Origin: Chlamydiota bacterium
GTDB taxonomy: Bacteria; Chlamydiota; Chlamydiia; Chlamydiales; SM23-39
Reading direction: 5' to 3'
Length of the DNA stretch: 10,162 nt
NCBI GenBank assembly: GCA_050049995.1
Contig: JASFVE010000067.1
Coordinates: forward strand, 1-10,162
Shown: positions 6,457 through 10,162 of the stretch, in pieces
Numbering within the stretch: position 1 is the stretch's first letter
Layout: every line of letters starts with the position of its first letter
Program-made: the position numbers and the translations under genes
Notes under the pieces: generated by a model
Seen by the model: only the letters and a program-made list of their open reading frames with translations
Told to the model about the DNA's origin: nothing
Database searches by the model: none

Positions 6457-7206
6457 TTAAAAAAGCAATGCCTTTTGTCTTTGTAAAGGAGGTGGAGGTG
6501 GCAGTAGTTCATCATTATCAGGATGTATGTCTACTTTTGCTTGTAAGGCTATAGATAAACTCTGCAGTTTAATTTGAGTGCCCCGTAAGGAAAAAATCCT
6601 TAAGTTTTTTATCTTAGCTAAGGATTCAGGAAGGTCTTTTAACTGAGGGTTTCTTGCAAAATTGATAATTTCTAAGTTTTCTAATTGCTCTAGTCCATCG
6701 GGAATGGAAGTTAGATTATTATCATCGATATAGAGTGCTTTTAAGTTTCGTAAAACAGTTATTTCTACTGGTATCTCAGTAAGTTTAATCAGTGACCCAG
6801 TTAATTTTAAATGCGTGGTATTATTAAAATACTCTTGTTTTTCTAGCATCCATGTATTTAAGTCCTTAAATATACGAATAAGATTTCCAGAGTCATGAAT
6901 TCTTTGATACTGGGGAGTTTGTTCATAGTTTTTTCTTTCTAGTGCAAGATTTCGATTTTTTGCTAAAACAGCTCTCCAAAGTAATTTGATATTTTTTCCT
7001 TTCTCTAAGAGCTTTTTTTGAGCGGTAACTAGATTTTCCATATTAAATTCTTGCGTTTCTAATTTACAAAAACCATCAGCAAGCATCCTTGTTTCTACCC
7101 ACATCCTCTGTATTTTTTGATCAGTTGTAAGTATTGGATCACACATAATTTCAGGATATAAGGATTCTAAAAAAGGTGTATTAGAAATAGGGGTAGCAGC
7201 TGCCAT
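6457..7206 (-). CDS. Leucine-rich repeat protein, candidate secreted effector
   Basis: About four LRR units of roughly 23 aa (e.g. LKALYIDDNNLTSIPDGLEQLEN), a helical N-terminal half and a poly-Pro C-terminal tail. ATG start with AGGT 7 nt upstream. Confidence 0.85.
   Translation of the reverse strand: MAAATPISNTPFLESLYPEIMCDPILTTDQKIQRMWVETRMLADGFCKLETQEFNMENLVTAQKKLLEKGKNIKLLWRAVLAKNRNLALERKNYEQTPQYQRIHDSGNLIRIFKDLNTWMLEKQEYFNNTTHLKLTGSLIKLTEIPVEITVLRNLKALYIDDNNLTSIPDGLEQLENLEIINFARNPQLKDLPESLAKIKNLRIFSLRGTQIKLQSLSIALQAKVDIHPDNDELLPPPPPLQRQKALLF
6556..6819 (-). repeat. Protein-level leucine-rich repeat array (about 4 degenerate units, aa ~130-217)
   Basis: TTHLKLTGSLIKLTEIPVEITVLRN / LKALYIDDNNLTSIPDGLEQLEN / LEIINFARNPQLKDLPESLAKIKN / LRIFSLRGTQIKLQSL fit LxxLxLxxNxLxxLPxxLxxLxx. 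I saw no obvious exact DNA repeat. Confidence 0.8.
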
Positions 7207-7257
7207 AATTTTTACCTATGTAACTTTGTTAATTAAAATTATGGAGAGCAGTTTATA

Positions 7258-7674
7258 TTATGAAGCTTTTTTCAAATAGTCTGCTAAGTGATGTATTAAT
7301 TGATCAAGACCATGCGAATCCTTTTTTACTAACTGAGATATAAACTTCTGCAGCATAGCAACTTTTCTAAAATGCGTTTCTTTTAATGTGAATAAGATTT
7401 CACTTAAGGTTTCATTATTTTCAGCCGCATTTTTAAACCAGTTATTTACAGCTTCTAAAGATTTTGGGAAGTCTTCCGATTCATGAAGTTGATCCATTAG
7501 ATGGTCTAAATCCAGCGCATTTTTAGCAAACATGGAAAGCCAAGCTTGAGAGCTTGCTAATTTAGGGTCTTTTTTTAGCTCTTGCAAGTCATTTAAAACA
7601 AGAAGAGCTTTTGTTTTTGGATCTGGGGTAGGGTATTTGCCCGGCCAGCCGCTTATTGGTGGAAACTTTGTCAT
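7258..7674 (-). CDS. Hypothetical alpha-helical protein (138 aa) with a Pro-rich N-terminus
   Basis: The ORF fills the gap between folE and the LRR gene. I moved the start from TTG 7719 to ATG 7674 because a strong AAGGAG (7689-7684) lies 9 nt upstream. No family motif recognised. Confidence 0.75.
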   Translation of the reverse strand: MTKFPPISGWPGKYPTPDPKTKALLVLNDLQELKKDPKLASSQAWLSMFAKNALDLDHLMDQLHESEDFPKSLEAVNNWFKNAAENNETLSEILFTLKETHFRKVAMLQKFISQLVKKDSHGLDQLIHHLADYLKKAS

Positions 7675-7722
7675 AAAAGCATTCTCCTTCTTTTTTTCTT
7701 TAATAATCTTAAACGGCAAAAT

Positions 7723-8412
7723 TTATCGAGAAAATTTTCTTTCAAAACTTTCTTGAAAGGAAAAATCTTTTTTAAAAGATCCTAAATAGGCACTGGTAAT
7801 AGTGTTAGAGATATCTTCAATACCTCTTAGCTTTACACAGTAATGTTGTAGGTCTAAATAAACAGCGACATCATTTGTTCCTAACACATAAGAAAGGCAG
7901 TCTGCAATCTGCATGGTAAGCCTTTCTTGTAGCTGTGGTCTTTTAGCAAAATAATGTACTATTCGATTGAGTTTGGATAAACCTATGATTTTCTGATTGG
8001 GCATATAAGCTATATGAGCTTTACCGATCATAGGTAAAAAATGATGTTCACAAATACTGTTAACGGAAATGTTTTTTGTAAAAATTGGGCTATCAGTATT
8101 AGTAATAGAATCTGCATTAATAAATGTTAGTTTGGGAAAAGCTTCTGGTGTCATGCCAGAAAAAAGTTCATCGACAAACATTTTAGAAATTCTCATAGGG
8201 CTTTTAGCTACTGAGTCATTATCAAGATCTAGACCAAGGATTTCTAAAATGGCTCTAAAGTGTTTTTCGATTAATCGTATTTTTTTTCTATTGGATTCCT
8301 GAACTTTCTCAGTAAAAGGAGAAGGATAGGACGTCGTTGTCGCCTTTTCAATATTCAGGTTTTTTTCTTTTAAATAGGATTTAATTTCTTCAATGATAGC
8401 TTTTTCACTCAT
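7723..8412 (-). CDS. folE: GTP cyclohydrolase I (type IA)
   Basis: SICEHHFLP (Zn ligands), IGLSKLNRIVHYFAKRPQLQERLT and HYCVKLRG. ATGA overlap (8409-8412) with the upstream methylase. Confidence 0.95.
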   Translation of the reverse strand: MSEKAIIEEIKSYLKEKNLNIEKATTTSYPSPFTEKVQESNRKKIRLIEKHFRAILEILGLDLDNDSVAKSPMRISKMFVDELFSGMTPEAFPKLTFINADSITNTDSPIFTKNISVNSICEHHFLPMIGKAHIAYMPNQKIIGLSKLNRIVHYFAKRPQLQERLTMQIADCLSYVLGTNDVAVYLDLQHYCVKLRGIEDISNTITSAYLGSFKKDFSFQESFERKFSR

Positions 8413-9158
8413 AAAAATCTCAAAGCATGTTGACGTCTAATTTCGTTTGCAGCGATAGAGTAGGCGCAAGCAATGTTAATGGAGTTTTTTTTTCCAAATA
8501 AGGGGATTTCTACAAGGTAGTCTACCATAGAAAGCATCTTGTCTGAAATGCCGAATTCTTCGTTACCTAAAATTAATGTGAACTCTTTCGGGAAAATAAA
8601 GTCAGTGACATTTTCAGCATCTTCACTAGTTTCCAAAGCAATAAAAGGTCTAGGAAGGTTTTCTAAAGAAGCACTTTGATAGCAAGGAACAATTTCAGAA
8701 GAACCCATAGAGGTTTTTTGTACTTTAGAATTGTCTGTGAAAGGAGTTTTTTCGGCAAAGTATAGTGAGCCGATTCTAAGAGCTTCTGTAGTTCTTAAAA
8801 TGCTTCCTACGTTATAAGCTGAACGGACATTATCTAAGTAAATAGCAATATTAGAAAAATCTGTTTTAGGAACGTGATCTCCCTTTCTGATATGAGGAAG
8901 TAAATTATGTTCTTTTAGTTGAATGTGCGCTTGCGCTAAATGCCAATGGTAGCGATCAGATAAAAGTTTGAGGTCGCGTACTTGAGTAAACTCATCTAAA
9001 TGCATCCATTTGCAATAAGTTAAGTAAGTCTCATGCAAAGAGACGATATCAGAATCTTTTACCAGAAGTTTTTCATAAATTTCGCGGAGAACTAAAGAGC
9101 ATTTTTTATGCTTTTGTTTTAGTTCTAATCTTTCAAACTTTGTTTTCTGAAAAGTCAT
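8409..9158 (-). CDS. TrmH/SpoU-family RNA 2'-O-methyltransferase (SPOUT) with a chlamydial-type N-terminal extension
   Basis: SPOUT motifs LDNVRSAYNVGSILRT, ILGNEEFGIS and EIPLFGKKNSINIACA. TAATG overlap with the ABC-F stop at 9156-9160. Confidence 0.92.
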   Translation of the reverse strand: MTFQKTKFERLELKQKHKKCSLVLREIYEKLLVKDSDIVSLHETYLTYCKWMHLDEFTQVRDLKLLSDRYHWHLAQAHIQLKEHNLLPHIRKGDHVPKTDFSNIAIYLDNVRSAYNVGSILRTTEALRIGSLYFAEKTPFTDNSKVQKTSMGSSEIVPCYQSASLENLPRPFIALETSEDAENVTDFIFPKEFTLILGNEEFGISDKMLSMVDYLVEIPLFGKKNSINIACAYSIAANEIRRQHALRFL

Positions 9159-10162
9159 TATTGTTTTTGCTTTAAGTATTCTTCTAAAGGACCTGCAAAA
9201 AAGTGTAGGCCATCATTTTCTAAAGCGATAATTTTAGTAGCGAAATTATTGACTAGGTTTCTGTCATGTGACGCAACAATAGCCGTTCCTCTATAGTCTT
9301 CTAAACCCCAAGCTAAAGCCGAAACAGATTCTAGATCTAAATGGTTATTTGGTTCATCTAAAATAATAGTATTGGGACTATTTAACATCAGTTTGGCTAA
9401 TAAGAGACGCGCGGTTTCTCCTCCGGAAAGAGCTTTTACAGGTTTAAAAGCATCATCTCCGCCGAACAATAATTTTCCAAGTACTCCTCTTACATCTTGG
9501 TCATAAAGTCCTGGTTTTACATTTTTAAGCCAGTCGAAAAGGGAGATTTCTTGCGTTTTGTCAACCATCTCTTCATGATTTTGAGGAAAGTATCCGATGT
9601 CAACTTGGTGTCCAGTAATGATTTGTCCGGAATCAGACTGGTAAATCCCTGAAAGAAGTTTTAACAGGGTAGTTTTACCTTTTCCGTTACTTCCTATAAC
9701 AGCAATTTTATCACCTCTTAAGATTTCAAAAGAGGCATTGTGGAAAACTTTTTTGTCATCAAAACTTTTACAAAGCTTTTTGACATTAAAGACAACTTGA
9801 CCTGAATTAGTTTCAGGAGTTGAAAAACGAATATAAGGTCTTTGAATATTAGATTTTTTGAGCTCTTGGGGTTGAAGTTTTTGAATTTCTTTAACCCGAG
9901 ACTGTACTTGAGATGCTCTTGTTCCAGCTCCAAATTTTGCAACAAACTCTTTTAATTGAGCGACCTTTTTTTCTCTTGCCTTGTTCTCCAATTCAGCTTT
10001 TTCTCTGACAGATGTTTTCGCTACTAACATCTGATCATAGTTGCCGGGATAGGTGATGACTGTTTCATAGTCGATGTCTGCAATATGAGTAGTGATAGCA
10101 TTTAAAAAATACTTGTCGTGAGAAACAACTATAAGAGCTCCTCTAAAATTACACAAAAATTC
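9158..10162 (-). CDS. ABC-F family ribosome-associated ATPase (YbiT-like), 3' part; 5' end is outside the window
   Basis: End of NBD1 (IVVSHDKYFLN, YPGNY), PtIM linker (RASQVQSRVKEI...RPYIRF), and NBD2 with GSNGKGKTT, LSGGE, LDEPNNHLD and ASHD. No TM segments. The frame stays open to the edge (E-F-L-C-N...), so TTG 10156 is not the real start. Confidence 0.94.
   Translation of the reverse strand, partial: EFLCNFRGALIVVSHDKYFLNAITTHIADIDYETVITYPGNYDQMLVAKTSVREKAELENKAREKKVAQLKEFVAKFGAGTRASQVQSRVKEIQKLQPQELKKSNIQRPYIRFSTPETNSGQVVFNVKKLCKSFDDKKVFHNASFEILRGDKIAVIGSNGKGKTTLLKLLSGIYQSDSGQIITGHQVDIGYFPQNHEEMVDKTQEISLFDWLKNVKPGLYDQDVRGVLGKLLFGGDDAFKPVKALSGGETARLLLAKLMLNSPNTIILDEPNNHLDLESVSALAWGLEDYRGTAIVASHDRNLVNNFATKIIALENDGLHFFAGPLEEYLKQKQ

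Noticed and set aside
7675..7719. N-terminal extension of the hypothetical ORF from TTG 7719
   Set aside because: The extension contains the AAGGAG RBS for ATG 7674 and is A-run filler, so the downstream ATG is preferred.
7729..7740. Perfect 12-bp palindrome AGAAAATTTTCT at the folE 3' end
   Set aside because: Low-complexity, AT-rich, inside the CDS and with no loop or GC stem; not a credible terminator.
8069..8302. 77-aa plus-strand ORF
   Set aside because: Antisense shadow of folE.
9718..9945. 75-aa minus-strand ORF in an alternative frame within ABC-F
   Set aside because: Nested out of frame in a conserved gene, with no motif or supporting signal.
1..10162. tRNA/rRNA/ncRNA genes, IS elements, CRISPR arrays or defence systems
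   Set aside because: Intergenic gaps are all 155 nt or less and AT-rich. I saw no cloverleaf, repeat-spacer array, transposase, integrase or defence-domain motif.

Overview
AT-rich chromosomal window (roughly one-third GC by eye), most likely from an environmental member of phylum Chlamydiota. DnaJ, bS21, Lon and the SpoU methylase all look chlamydial, and the dnaJ-rpsU-tsaB / lon ... rnz ... ABC-F order matches the Chlamydia core order as I recall it. There are three blocks: (i) minus-strand tsaB-rpsU-dnaJ, with dnaJ cut by the window edge; (ii) a plus-strand overlapping operon of lon, an RfaE-II/HldC-type nucleotidyltransferase, a GlpG-type rhomboid and rnz; (iii) a convergent minus-strand block of ABC-F (edge-truncated), TrmH/SpoU, folE, a hypothetical protein and an LRR protein. 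I saw no RNA genes, mobile elements or CRISPR arrays. Most of the window is housekeeping, and I cannot support a wholly new multi-gene system. The best leads are: (1) a dual-coding overlap of at least 107 nt, where a histone-H1-like basic tail on Lon is read in another frame as the N-terminal helix of the nucleotidyltransferase; (2) a CIRCE-like operator over a dedicated dnaJ promoter; (3) a candidate effector LRR protein ending in poly-Pro plus a kinase pseudosubstrate-like motif; (4) a rhomboid with an insertion of about 80 aa in loop L1.
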